Shown piece by piece: positions 52,020 to 61,287 of a stretch of DNA of 64,000 bases. The DNA comes from Rhodospirillaceae bacterium (GTDB lineage: Bacteria; Pseudomonadota; Alphaproteobacteria; Rhodospirillales; UBA2165): assembly GCA_002723345.1 (NCBI GenBank), contig PBNV01000003.1, forward strand, positions 9,866 through 73,865, in the 5' to 3' direction. Under the pieces are notes generated by a model, which did not search any database, was not told where the DNA came from, and saw only the letters and a program-made list of their open reading frames with translations. Within the stretch, counting starts at the first letter, position 1. Each line of letters opens with the position of its first letter. The translations under genes and the position numbers were made by a program.

Positions 52020-52943
52020 ATGATCGATGCCCTCAAAATTGAGCGGGAAAAAATTTTAATTGTCGGTGATAACACAGACGTCCGTGACCTAATCGCAACC
52101 TTATTTGGCGCGACGCATGTCATCCTGACTGCTCACTCCGGAAAAACGGGGCTCGCCATGGCGATCACGGAGACCCCGGATCTGATTTTATTAGATGTGA
52201 AAATGCCAGATATGGACGGGTTCGCAGTATGTGGCCAGCTTAAATCTTCTGCGGAAACAGAGAATATACCCGTCATTTTTCTCACCGAAAAAACAGGAGA
52301 AGAATACGAATTGGCCGGCCTGTGTGCGGGAGGAATTGATTATATTTCCGCATCTGTCGTTCCGCCGGTTGTGGAAGCTCGTATTCGCAATCACCTATCG
52401 CAAAAAAGCCTGTTAGATAAACTACAAATCATGTCAGCGGTCGATGCTGTTACAGGGATTCCCAACCGGCGGCGTTTTGATGAGTATATTGATCAGGAAT
52501 GGCGCCGGGCACAACGGAATAAATATCCCCTATCATTGCTGATGATCGACATTGATCACTTTAAAAAATACAATGATAAATATGGCCACCAAAAAGGCGA
52601 TGAATGCCTTAGGCTTGTTGCCCAAGAAATAAAACAACATCCGCGCCGCCCCTCAGATATGGTAGCTCGATACGGTGGCGAGGAATTTTCCATCATTCTA
52701 CCGGACACACCCATGGAGGCCGCACTAACCCTCGCTGACCGCATTCGGTCTGGCGTCTCGGGTCTGAACCTTGAGCACCTAGGTTCCGATATATTTGGGC
52801 ATATCACAATAAGTATAGGTGTGGCGACAAGAGCACCGGAAGATCACCATACAATGCTCTCTCTCATCGAAACCGCAGATAAGAATCTCTATACCGCCAA
52901 GCGCGGAGGCCGCAACAGTGTTACAGGTGGTCGGGCGGTCTAG
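52020..52943 (+). CDS. response regulator receiver + GGDEF diguanylate cyclase (PleD/WspR-like)
   Basis: REC domain with DLILLDVKMPDMDG. GGDEF domain with GGEEF, and an RxxD I-site (RPSD) 5 residues upstream. Confidence 0.88.
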   Translation: MIDALKIEREKILIVGDNTDVRDLIATLFGATHVILTAHSGKTGLAMAITETPDLILLDVKMPDMDGFAVCGQLKSSAETENIPVIFLTEKTGEEYELAGLCAGGIDYISASVVPPVVEARIRNHLSQKSLLDKLQIMSAVDAVTGIPNRRRFDEYIDQEWRRAQRNKYPLSLLMIDIDHFKKYNDKYGHQKGDECLRLVAQEIKQHPRRPSDMVARYGGEEFSIILPDTPMEAALTLADRIRSGVSGLNLEHLGSDIFGHITISIGVATRAPEDHHTMLSLIETADKNLYTAKRGGRNSVTGGRAV

Positions 52944-53078
52944 CAGACCGATGATAAATTCAACCAACTTGGCCTTGTTGATTGCCTGCTTCGCCATCAG
53001 CCAGCGGCACCAGAGCGTGACAGGGCAGCATCATCTGCTCTATCCTTGGTCTTGATTGCTTTAGGAGGGCGCAAACTG

Positions 53079-54776
53079 ATGATGACATTCCCGGTTCCCA
53101 CGACAGCAGCAGAGGCACTTCTTATGCGTCTGAAGGTCAATGGTGTCGATTATCTCTTTGGCAATGCCGGCACCGACTTCGCGCCTGTTATCGAGGCTTA
53201 CGCCAACGCCCCGCTCAAAAACATGCCAGTTCCGGAACCGCTCGTCATACCCCACGAATGCGCGGCCATTGGCATGGCCCACGGGTATTATCTGGCTACT
53301 GGACGTCCACAAGCGGCCATGGTCCATGTCAACGTGGGTTTGGCCAATTCCGTCATGGGGCTGATCAACATGGCCAGCGACAATATACCCCTTTTCATGA
53401 TGGCAGGCCGCACCCCGCTTACCGAACATGAGCGCACGGGTGCACGCATGACACCGATCCAATATGGCCAAGAAATGCGTGACCAAACAGGATTGATCCG
53501 GGATTTGGTAAAATGGGATTACGAACTTCGATACCCGGAGCAAGTGGCCGGTCTGGTAGATCGCGGTATGGCCATCACCAAAAGCGCACCGGCGGGACCA
53601 GTATATCTAGGCTTACCGCGAGAGCCGCTCGCCGAGCCCTGGCCAGACGGGCTGGCCATCGACAACGCTCTCCAAGCCACTCCAACACGACCGGCGCCGG
53701 ATCCGGAGGCTGTCCTTCAAGCCGCTAAGTGGTTGGGAAACGCGCACCATCCGCTCATCATCTGCCAGAGAGGAGATCCTGGAGGTCGGTTGTCTCAGGT
53801 TCTATCCGATCTTGCTGCCAAACAAGCCATCCCGGTCGTGGAGAATTTTTCGGTACAAAATTTACTGCCCTCTGCTCACCCCATGCAAAGCGGTTTTGAC
53901 GCTGGCACCTGGCTTAAGGATGCAGACATTGTGCTGGCCATTGATACAGAAGTTCCATGGATACAGCGTCACCAGTCTCCTGGTAAAGGCGCCAAGATCA
54001 TCCATCTGGGGGTTGACCCTCTGTTCACCCGAATGCCCGCCAGGAGTTATCAGAATGATCTCGCAATTATGTCGGACCCGATAACCGGCATTGAGGCGCT
54101 AGCAGCAGCCATGACCGGCACCCAAAACTCGGAACGATTTGATACCATCAAAGAAAAGAATAAGACCCGGCGTGATGAAGCGCGGGCACGTGCCCTCAAA
54201 GGCGACGGGTCACCCATGACGCCAGCCTATGTTGCCATATGCCTCTCAAATATTCTGGGCGTAGACGGCCGGGTATTTAACGAGCTTGGCGTGCCCGCCC
54301 CGTTTATGGATCTCAAGGGACCCAACCAAGTCATTTCAAATCCCTATTCAGGCGGGCTCGGCTGGGGCTTGCCGGCGGCCCTGGGGGCGTCATTGGCTGA
54401 ACCCAGCCGACTAAACATCGCCTGTGTGGGTGATGGATCTTATATTTTTGCCAATCCCGTTGCCTGCCATCAGATTGCCGAAGCGCATAACTTGCCTGTT
54501 CTAATCATCGTAATGAATAACGGCATTTGGAACGCGGTTCGCCGGGCAGCTCGCAATGTATATCCTGAGGGTAGTGCAGATAAGATGAATATCATGCCGC
54601 TCACGTCTCTGCAGCCGATGCCAGACTTCTGTCGCATTGCGGAAGCCAGCCGCGGGTATGCAGAACGGGTCGAAACCGGTAATGAATTGCCTGGCGCGCT
54701 CGACCGGGCCCTAAACGTCATTCGAAAAGAAAAACGCCATGCCCTACTAGAGTTAAAGGTGGCCGCGCCAAACTAA
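53079..54776 (+). CDS. thiamine-diphosphate-dependent enzyme (acetolactate-synthase-like), second copy
   Basis: Start MMTFPVPTTAAEALL after AGGAGGG, with the ThDP motif GDGSYIFANPVACHQIAEAHNLPVLIIVMNNG. Confidence 0.85.
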   Translation: MMTFPVPTTAAEALLMRLKVNGVDYLFGNAGTDFAPVIEAYANAPLKNMPVPEPLVIPHECAAIGMAHGYYLATGRPQAAMVHVNVGLANSVMGLINMASDNIPLFMMAGRTPLTEHERTGARMTPIQYGQEMRDQTGLIRDLVKWDYELRYPEQVAGLVDRGMAITKSAPAGPVYLGLPREPLAEPWPDGLAIDNALQATPTRPAPDPEAVLQAAKWLGNAHHPLIICQRGDPGGRLSQVLSDLAAKQAIPVVENFSVQNLLPSAHPMQSGFDAGTWLKDADIVLAIDTEVPWIQRHQSPGKGAKIIHLGVDPLFTRMPARSYQNDLAIMSDPITGIEALAAAMTGTQNSERFDTIKEKNKTRRDEARARALKGDGSPMTPAYVAICLSNILGVDGRVFNELGVPAPFMDLKGPNQVISNPYSGGLGWGLPAALGASLAEPSRLNIACVGDGSYIFANPVACHQIAEAHNLPVLIIVMNNGIWNAVRRAARNVYPEGSADKMNIMPLTSLQPMPDFCRIAEASRGYAERVETGNELPGALDRALNVIRKEKRHALLELKVAAPN

Positions 54777-54834
54777 ATTATATTATAGAGCAACTATCCG
54801 CGATATGGTCGTAGGACGATTATTCGGCTCGATG

Positions 54835-55017
54835 TTAACGATTACCCGATCTTGGCGCTGACGTGCACATCGCGCCTGATGCAGCCTGACCACTCCCCAA
54901 AGACAAGACTGGCGGCTGGACGTAGGGATTGGGAGCCTCACTGGCCGCCATGTCAATTGCCGTTACCAATACGAGAAAGGCGATCGTGGCCCATGCTATG
55001 GATCTTTTAGTTCTCAT
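54835..55017 (-). CDS. possible small secreted/membrane protein
   Basis: 60 aa from MRTKRSIAWATIAFLVLVTAIDMAA, 8 nt downstream of the yeeE-like stop. No family recognised. Confidence 0.3.
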   Translation of the reverse strand: MRTKRSIAWATIAFLVLVTAIDMAASEAPNPYVQPPVLSLGSGQAASGAMCTSAPRSGNR

Positions 55018-55025
55018 GTCGACCT

Positions 55026-56159
55026 CTACGCCAGACCGAGACGTGGGCGCAGGCGTACCCCTAAAAAGGAACCTACAAACGCCGCCACTAGCCAAACCCA
55101 GCCATGCAGGCTTCCCGTCGAGATACCGCTGAAAAATGCTCCCACATTGCACCCAAACGCAAGCCGAGAGGAATAGCCCATCAATAACCCAGCAATGATC
55201 GCCGTCCCCCAACCGATCATCGGTAGTTTAATCCGGTCGCGTCCGAGATCGCCCCGCCAGGTAGCAATCGCAAAGGCGCCAAGGATCAGGCCGATATTTG
55301 TCAATGAGGTTACATCCGAGAAAATGGTTTGCGCTAGGCGAACCTGTTGCGCAGGTGCCGCCCAAAACATCGACCCCGTCAAGTCCATGGCAAAGAGCTG
55401 GGTCGCTTTGGCCGTCCATAATCCCAGGCCATAGACTACTCCCCACGGCTGACCAGATACTATTAGATGGAGAGCCGCCAAGGCTGCTACGGCCAACGCA
55501 GCAATCCACATGCGGCGGGGGATTTTACGGTGCTCAATTGGAGCCCATTTCAGAGCAATCAGAGCAATGAAAAATAAACTCAGCAGCGTGACGACGAGAC
55601 CCCCTATCGGTCCAAACAATTCCGACATGGTAAGAATCGGCGTGGTCCCGAGCTCGATCCACCAATTCAGGTGATAGGCGCCCGCAAAACTGCCGATCGC
55701 AAAAAATGGCAATACCAACAAACCGACAGCATTGCCGCTACCCGCATTCACCAATGTTCCGGACCCGCACCCGAGCACAAGTTGCATGCTAAGGCCGAAA
55801 ACGAATGCCCCGCCGACCATCGCCACACCAACAGGTGCATATGCCCCCACCAATTCAGCCGAGTTGGACGCGAGCAAGGGAGAGGCAATAATGGCTACGA
55901 CGCCGATAGCCACCAACTGCGCGATGAATCCGGCCGGCTCGCGGCGCAAAATAATAGCACGCCACGGTCCCGCGAATCCAAAGCGCAACCCTTCGAGGGT
56001 CATGCCCAAAGCAAGTCCCACGGCTAGGATCAGACCAAAGCGGGCGCCAACAAACAACGAGATCGTGGCGACAACAACGAGGAGTAAGATCACCAAGTTG
56101 GTGCGCGCTAGCATTCGGCGCGCATCGACGGATGAGGCAGAGATGGGTGTCATAATCAA
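55026..56159 (-). CDS. YeeE/YedE family inner-membrane sulfur-compound (thiosulfate) transporter
   Basis: 377 aa, polytopic, with two repeats each carrying a conserved Cys segment (LVLGCGSGTL and LAFGCNVGAF). Confidence 0.82.
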   Translation of the reverse strand: MIMTPISASSVDARRMLARTNLVILLLVVVATISLFVGARFGLILAVGLALGMTLEGLRFGFAGPWRAIILRREPAGFIAQLVAIGVVAIIASPLLASNSAELVGAYAPVGVAMVGGAFVFGLSMQLVLGCGSGTLVNAGSGNAVGLLVLPFFAIGSFAGAYHLNWWIELGTTPILTMSELFGPIGGLVVTLLSLFFIALIALKWAPIEHRKIPRRMWIAALAVAALAALHLIVSGQPWGVVYGLGLWTAKATQLFAMDLTGSMFWAAPAQQVRLAQTIFSDVTSLTNIGLILGAFAIATWRGDLGRDRIKLPMIGWGTAIIAGLLMGYSSRLAFGCNVGAFFSGISTGSLHGWVWLVAAFVGSFLGVRLRPRLGLA

Positions 56160-56187
56160 ATTATGGCATCCTAGAACCGCTGTGTGA

Positions 56188-57123
56188 CTAACGCGTGATC
56201 TTGTTCAATAGATTTTCTAAGAGGCCAGGGGTATTGGCCATTGGAAGTTTAGCATGAGACCACCCAACCATTGATTCTGGATAGAGTTTGACTGCTTTAA
56301 TGCCGCCGAGTTCGCTTAAGGCAAACCAATTAGTCGCTGCCCAATGCCCCGTATTACAAAATGAGACGAGCGGGTCTTCCTTTTTGAATCGATTAGAAGT
56401 CGCAAGGGCTTGCGCCGCGGATTCGTCAATGATGGAGCCCCCCCCGTCAAACCATTTGGAATGAGCAAAATAGTCTGATCCGGGCAAGGTACCGGGGCGT
56501 GCAGCAGCCGGGTGCTGCTTTTTACCCCGATAAAATGCCTCGGGCCTGGCATCGATCAAACGAGCATCATCCTCCCCTTTCACAACGGCCAGAACGTTGT
56601 TCCGTGTTGCAAGCCATTTATTACTGAAGGTAACGGCAATCTTGCTCGGTTGGGGTGTTGCTGGAGTGGCGTTAACCGGCCGACTTGCATCTTTTGTCCA
56701 GGCGTTCATTCCTCCATTCAAAATGGCTAGGTGTTTGATACCGGCCGATTTGAGAGTCCAATAAACCCGGGCAGCGGCGCCAAAGTCGGTCTCATTTGTA
56801 CCCTGATAGGTAATAACCGTCGGTTTGTCGGTTGCAAGACCCAATCTTTGAAAAAGATTGGTCAAGTGAGCGTCGGTGACCAATTGGCCAGGGTTCGTCG
56901 ATGGACCGCGAAACTCCCTATAATTGACGCTGATTGCCCCGGGAATGTAGCCGTCTTTCACCGCCTTGCCGCGAATATCTAAAATGAAGGGGGCGTTTGC
57001 GTAACCAAAGTTTGCCAACTGATCGGCCGAAACGAGGGGCCCGAAACGGCTCTCGGCCGCATTACCCGAGGGAGCGACTGCTAGGGCCATTACACCCAGC
57101 AGTCCGATCAGAATTCTTTTCAT
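56188..57123 (-). CDS. periplasmic tandem-rhodanese sulfurtransferase
   Basis: Signal peptide MKRILIGLLGVMALAVAPSGNAAE, two rhodanese domains, and the active-site loop FCNTGHWAA. Confidence 0.85.
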   Translation of the reverse strand: MKRILIGLLGVMALAVAPSGNAAESRFGPLVSADQLANFGYANAPFILDIRGKAVKDGYIPGAISVNYREFRGPSTNPGQLVTDAHLTNLFQRLGLATDKPTVITYQGTNETDFGAAARVYWTLKSAGIKHLAILNGGMNAWTKDASRPVNATPATPQPSKIAVTFSNKWLATRNNVLAVVKGEDDARLIDARPEAFYRGKKQHPAAARPGTLPGSDYFAHSKWFDGGGSIIDESAAQALATSNRFKKEDPLVSFCNTGHWAATNWFALSELGGIKAVKLYPESMVGWSHAKLPMANTPGLLENLLNKITR

Positions 57124-57369
57124 AATGTGTGATCCTTTGTGGAAAGAATTTTTCTACTTATAATATTTGTATATTGGTATAATTATACATAAGTCAATAT
57201 GTTTTTTCTATAATACGGTCCGATTTTGTAGTATAAAAGAGCGACCCCCCCACAGGAGACGGTCGGGCTGATGGACGGGATGCCGAAGGTGAGGCAATTT
57301 AATACGTTTTCAGGTTATTTAGTGTCATTTTCAATTCCGCATCGTTCTTGATTAGCCTATACTCCAGTC

Positions 57370-57757
57370 CGCCAGACGGTCGGATGGCCGCTCTTCTTGT
57401 GGAGAGAGGAAAGTCCGGGCTCCACGGAAACACGGTGCCGGGTAACACCCGGCGGGGGCGACCCCAGGGATAGTGCCACAGAAAGAAAACCGCCCGCCGC
57501 CGCTTTAGCGACGGCTGGTAAGGGTGAAAGGGTGTGGTAAGAGCGCACCGCGCCGGCGGCAACATCGGCGGCAAGGTAAACCCCACCGGGAGCAAAACCA
57601 AATAGGGACGGCACGTCTCAGGAAACTGAGACAGGCGAGTTTCCGAACCGTCGTCCGGGTAGGTTGCACGAGGCGTCCGGTGACGGACGCCCTAGATGAA
57701 TGGTCATCGCCCTCGAGTTGAGGGGGAACAGAACCCGGCTTACAGGCCGTCTGGCAT
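57370..57757 (+). ncRNA. rnpB: RNase P RNA, bacterial type A
   Basis: Universally conserved GAGGAAAGTCCGGGCTCCA (57406-57424) and ACAGAACCCGGCTTA (57728-57742). P1 pairs CCAGACGG (57372-) with CCGTCTGG (-57754). A TATACT box at 57358-57363 fits the 5' end. Ends are accurate to about 5 nt. Confidence 0.95.
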
Positions 57758-57937
57758 CTTACCGCTCACCGGGCATCAAGGTTACACTCGTCCCGCGCAG
57801 CTCTTAGGACACTCGAGTGATGCCATAATCCGAGTAATACTACCCCGAGAGATTTTTCGTCGCGGGTATTAATTGACTCTGTCCACCGGGCCTCTCATTC
57901 TGATGCCCATCAATTCATAGTAACGGGAGCAAAATTC

Positions 57938-58606
57938 ATGGGACAAACCGTTCACCTCACGGCCGCCGACGGACATACTCTATCAGCCTATCGGGCCAAC
58001 CCCGATGGCAGGCCTAAAGGCGGGCTCGTCGTAATTCAGGAAATTTTTGGTGTCAATGCCCACATTCAGGAGGTCTGTAATGGTTTCGCAGCAGACGGAT
58101 ATGTGGCTATTGCGCCGGCGCTTTTTGACCGCGCTGAGCGGGACGTAGACCTTGGCTATGAGGAAGAAGACCGGCAAAAGGGTATGGGTCTTCGGGCACA
58201 AACCGACTGGGGTGATAATGTCCAGGACGCCATCGCAGCACGGAACGCTATCAAAGACGCAGGTAAGGCAGGCATCGTCGGCTATTGTTTTGGCGGCACC
58301 GTTGCCTGGCTGGGCGCTTGTTCCGGGAGTTTTGATGCCGCATCAGGGTACTACGGCGGTTTCATTCACAACTTTCTGGACCGGAACGCCACCTGTCCGG
58401 TGCAGCTTCATTTCGGCGCCGATGACCAGGGCATTCCGATGGAGAACGTAGAAAAGACCCGGGATGCGAAACCGAATGTTGACATTTATATCTACGAGGA
58501 TGCGGGACATGGTTTCATTTGTGATCATCGAGCCAGTTATCACGAGGACGCCACCCGACTGAGCCGCGAACGCACACTAGCCTTTTTCGGAGACCATTTG
58601 GGCTAG
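57938..58606 (+). CDS. dienelactone hydrolase family protein
   Basis: 222 aa with VVIQEIFGVN and the Cys nucleophile elbow GYCFGG. Confidence 0.88.
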   Translation: MGQTVHLTAADGHTLSAYRANPDGRPKGGLVVIQEIFGVNAHIQEVCNGFAADGYVAIAPALFDRAERDVDLGYEEEDRQKGMGLRAQTDWGDNVQDAIAARNAIKDAGKAGIVGYCFGGTVAWLGACSGSFDAASGYYGGFIHNFLDRNATCPVQLHFGADDQGIPMENVEKTRDAKPNVDIYIYEDAGHGFICDHRASYHEDATRLSRERTLAFFGDHLG

Positions 58607-58881
58607 CTTTTGGCCACCCGATCCAGACCATGATATATTGTTCATTTGGCAACCCCAGGAGATTACTTTTAATTTGTTCAAAAAAATTTTTGTACCCAAG
58701 AGTTCGATGACTCAGGGGTTTCTCATGATGTAGATGAGCCGGTGGGTAAAAATTTCTACCCATAACCCGGGGGTCTCGGCAATCTCATTGCGATGTGCCG
58801 TTGTGGGAGGCCCAGTTTCTTGGTATTTTGTTAAGCTGGCCCATCGGCGCTTCAGAAAGCCCTTGCCGAAGGAACCCCTAT

Positions 58882-60054
58882 ATGGCTGACACCGCCAATC
58901 TTTTTATTGATGGCCGAGATAAAGGCGCCAAAGCGACGGCTTCGAACACCCAGGATTTCACCACTGGCATCTTGCCATCTCAGACTATACGTTTGCTAAT
59001 AGACGCGGGAGATATCCAATCAAACACGCCTATCCCAGACGGGCAAATTCAGCCGGCCAGTATAGACCTCCGCCTTGGGAATGTCGCCTACCGCGTGCGC
59101 GGCAGTTTCCTTCCCGGCCCGCACGCTACCGTGCGCGGCCGGCTAAAGACCTTTACGATGCATCAGATTGATCTTACGGAGGGCGCTGTTCTAGAAAAGG
59201 GCTGTGTTTATCTGGTGCCGTTGCAGGAGAGGCTGCGTCTAAAAAAAGACATCTCTGGGATGGCCAACCCTAAAAGCTCAACCGGTCGGCTGGACATCTT
59301 TACCCGTGTGATTACCGATTATACTGGAGAGTTTGACCGCATACCCGCCGGGTACAAGGGCCCATTATACGCAGAAATTTCACCGCTCACGTTCAGCGTG
59401 AAAGTGCGCACCGGCACCCGGCTCAGCCAGCTACGCCTCCGTCGGGGCTCCCCGCCCTCCTTTGAAACGGTCATGCGTCGGCTCCATGAACGTACGCCGC
59501 TAGTGGCCGGCAAAGGTCTGGAGAAAGAAGCGGACATCACCAGCACCGGCGTCGCTTTCACTGTGGATCTTAAGGGAGACCCAGAGACAGGCATCATCGG
59601 CTACAAAGCCAAACGCCATGCGGACGTTATTGATGTGGAGAATATTGACCACTACGAGATCCACGACTTCTGGGACCCAATCCGCAACAGAGGTCATTCC
59701 AACCTCATCCTGGACACGGATGACTTTTACATCCTAGCCTCCAAGGAAGAAGTAAGTGTGCCGCCGGATTACGCGGCCGAGATGCGACCCTATGATACCT
59801 ATGTTGGGGAGTTCCGTGTACATTACGCAGGCTTCTTTGATCCAGGGTTTGGCCATGATGATGCTGGCGGAGGTGGCAGCCGGGCCGTCCTCGAGGTTCG
59901 CTCTCATGATGTACCGTTTGTCCTGGAGGACGGCCAGGTTGTCGGCCGGCTAGTCTATGAACGTCTGACAGCTGTGCCCGACCAACTATACGGCCAGGGC
60001 ATCGGATCCAACTATCAGCAGCAAGGGCTGAAGTTGTCCAAACATTTCAAGTAA
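58882..60054 (+). CDS. dcd: 2'-deoxycytidine 5'-triphosphate deaminase, long two-domain form
   Basis: 390 aa from MADTANLF. ASIDLRLG and NPKSSTGRLDI lie in the first half; HYAGFFDPGFG..AVLEVRSHDVPF lies in the second half. Confidence 0.8.
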   Translation: MADTANLFIDGRDKGAKATASNTQDFTTGILPSQTIRLLIDAGDIQSNTPIPDGQIQPASIDLRLGNVAYRVRGSFLPGPHATVRGRLKTFTMHQIDLTEGAVLEKGCVYLVPLQERLRLKKDISGMANPKSSTGRLDIFTRVITDYTGEFDRIPAGYKGPLYAEISPLTFSVKVRTGTRLSQLRLRRGSPPSFETVMRRLHERTPLVAGKGLEKEADITSTGVAFTVDLKGDPETGIIGYKAKRHADVIDVENIDHYEIHDFWDPIRNRGHSNLILDTDDFYILASKEEVSVPPDYAAEMRPYDTYVGEFRVHYAGFFDPGFGHDDAGGGGSRAVLEVRSHDVPFVLEDGQVVGRLVYERLTAVPDQLYGQGIGSNYQQQGLKLSKHFK

Positions 60055-60069
60055 GCCTTTCTAATTTAC

Positions 60070-60105
60070 ACAGAACTTTCAAAACTAATATCCGTAAAGT
60101 TCTGT
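60070..60105. repeat. perfect 10-bp inverted repeat ACAGAACTTT-N16-AAAGTTCTGT
   Basis: Read directly from the sequence. It lies 16 nt after the dcd stop and about 240 nt upstream of the lsrF-like start. It could be a hairpin or an operator. Confidence 0.4.
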
Positions 60106-60341
60106 TATAGAAATTAATTTCGATTATTCTTGTGTAAACGTAGGGTGAAATCTTGCGACGTAATTTCCGGTGGCGGATAATGTGAATTACTTTCGACCAA
60201 CGGGAGCGGGACGCGCCCTCCTAATATACCCATGCTACTGATGACCCTATGGCGCCCCGCCACGAAATACCTCGAATTGGATGACGCGATCATTTATGGT
60301 GCCGCCATTAGTGGTTCATTGTGCGGCCAGGAGTTACGCAG

Positions 60342-61223
60342 ATGGCGGATAAAGACGATATCAAAGACGGCAAAACGTTCTATGAGGACGTCCCAGCCAA
60401 GAACAAGCCTTTTTTCCTGAGAGGATCCGGCGCGCTTGATTGGGGCATGCAGAACCGTCTCTCTCGGATTTTCAACCCCAAGACAGGAAGAACCGTCATG
60501 CTGGCCTTTGATCACGGGTATTTTCAGGGCCCAACCACGGGTATTGAGCGCCTCGACATCAACATTGCCCCACTTATACCCTACGCGGATGTGTTGATGT
60601 GCACCCGAGGGGCGCTGCGCACGTCGATCCCACCGACGATTACCAAACCGATCGTTCTCCGCGCTAGCGCAGGACAAAGCATTTTGACGGAACTCTCCAA
60701 CGAATTGGTGGCCGTCGGCATCGAAGACGCCATTCGGCTCGATGCGGCCGCTTTAGCGGCTCAGGTTTATATTGGTGCAGAATACGAACACAAATCCATC
60801 GGCAACGTTATCAAGTTAATCGACATGGGTGCCAAATATGGTATCCCCACCCTCGCCGTTACTGGCATCGGAGCGGACATGAGCAGGGATCAACGCTACT
60901 TTGGTCTCGCCACGCGCATATGTGCCGAGATCGGCGCGCACTATGTCAAAAGCTATTACTTTGAACCAGGGTTTGAGAAAGTGGTAGCGGGCTGCCCAGT
61001 GCCCATTGTGATCGCAGGAGGCAAAAAACTACCGGAGATAGAAGCATTGGATATGGCCTATCGGGCCATTGACCAGGGTGCTGCAGGCGTAGACATGGGC
61101 CGCAACATCTTCCAGTCAGACTGCCCAACTGGTATGATACAAGCTGTCGGCGCCGTCGTCCACGGGGGCGAAAAACCAGACCAGGCAATAAAGATTTATA
61201 AGGATGCGAAGGCCGCAGCATAA
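60342..61223 (+). CDS. lsrF: LsrF-like class I aldolase-fold thiolase (3-hydroxy-5-phosphonooxypentane-2,4-dione thiolase homologue)
   Basis: 293 aa after AGGAG. End-to-end collinear with my recollection of E. coli LsrF ([55 protein letters not shown]...ADVLMCTRG...[19 protein letters not shown]...[18 protein letters not shown]). Confidence 0.85.
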   Translation: MADKDDIKDGKTFYEDVPAKNKPFFLRGSGALDWGMQNRLSRIFNPKTGRTVMLAFDHGYFQGPTTGIERLDINIAPLIPYADVLMCTRGALRTSIPPTITKPIVLRASAGQSILTELSNELVAVGIEDAIRLDAAALAAQVYIGAEYEHKSIGNVIKLIDMGAKYGIPTLAVTGIGADMSRDQRYFGLATRICAEIGAHYVKSYYFEPGFEKVVAGCPVPIVIAGGKKLPEIEALDMAYRAIDQGAAGVDMGRNIFQSDCPTGMIQAVGAVVHGGEKPDQAIKIYKDAKAAA

Positions 61224-61235
61224 AGAAGCGTGCTC

Positions 61236-61261
61236 TGTGCCTGCCCTAACCGGCAGGCGCA
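61236..61261. terminator. GC-rich hairpin between convergent genes
   Basis: TGTGCCTGCC-ctaacc-GGCAGGCGCA forms a 10-bp stem including one G:U pair. There is no clear U-tract. Confidence 0.35.
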
Positions 61262-61287
61262 GTCTGCCAATCCACACTCACTAAAAT

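Noticed and set aside
57130-57157. TGATCC hexamer upstream of the rhodanese/rnpB region as a third sigma-E promoter
   Set aside because: Sixteen nt downstream the sequence is TTCTAC, not CGTAwT, and the orientation does not fit a nearby start.
57299-57721. Three ORFs of 65-100 aa on both strands
   Set aside because: They lie entirely within the RNase P RNA gene. Their composition (Pro/Arg/Gly-rich) is typical of translated structured GC-rich RNA.
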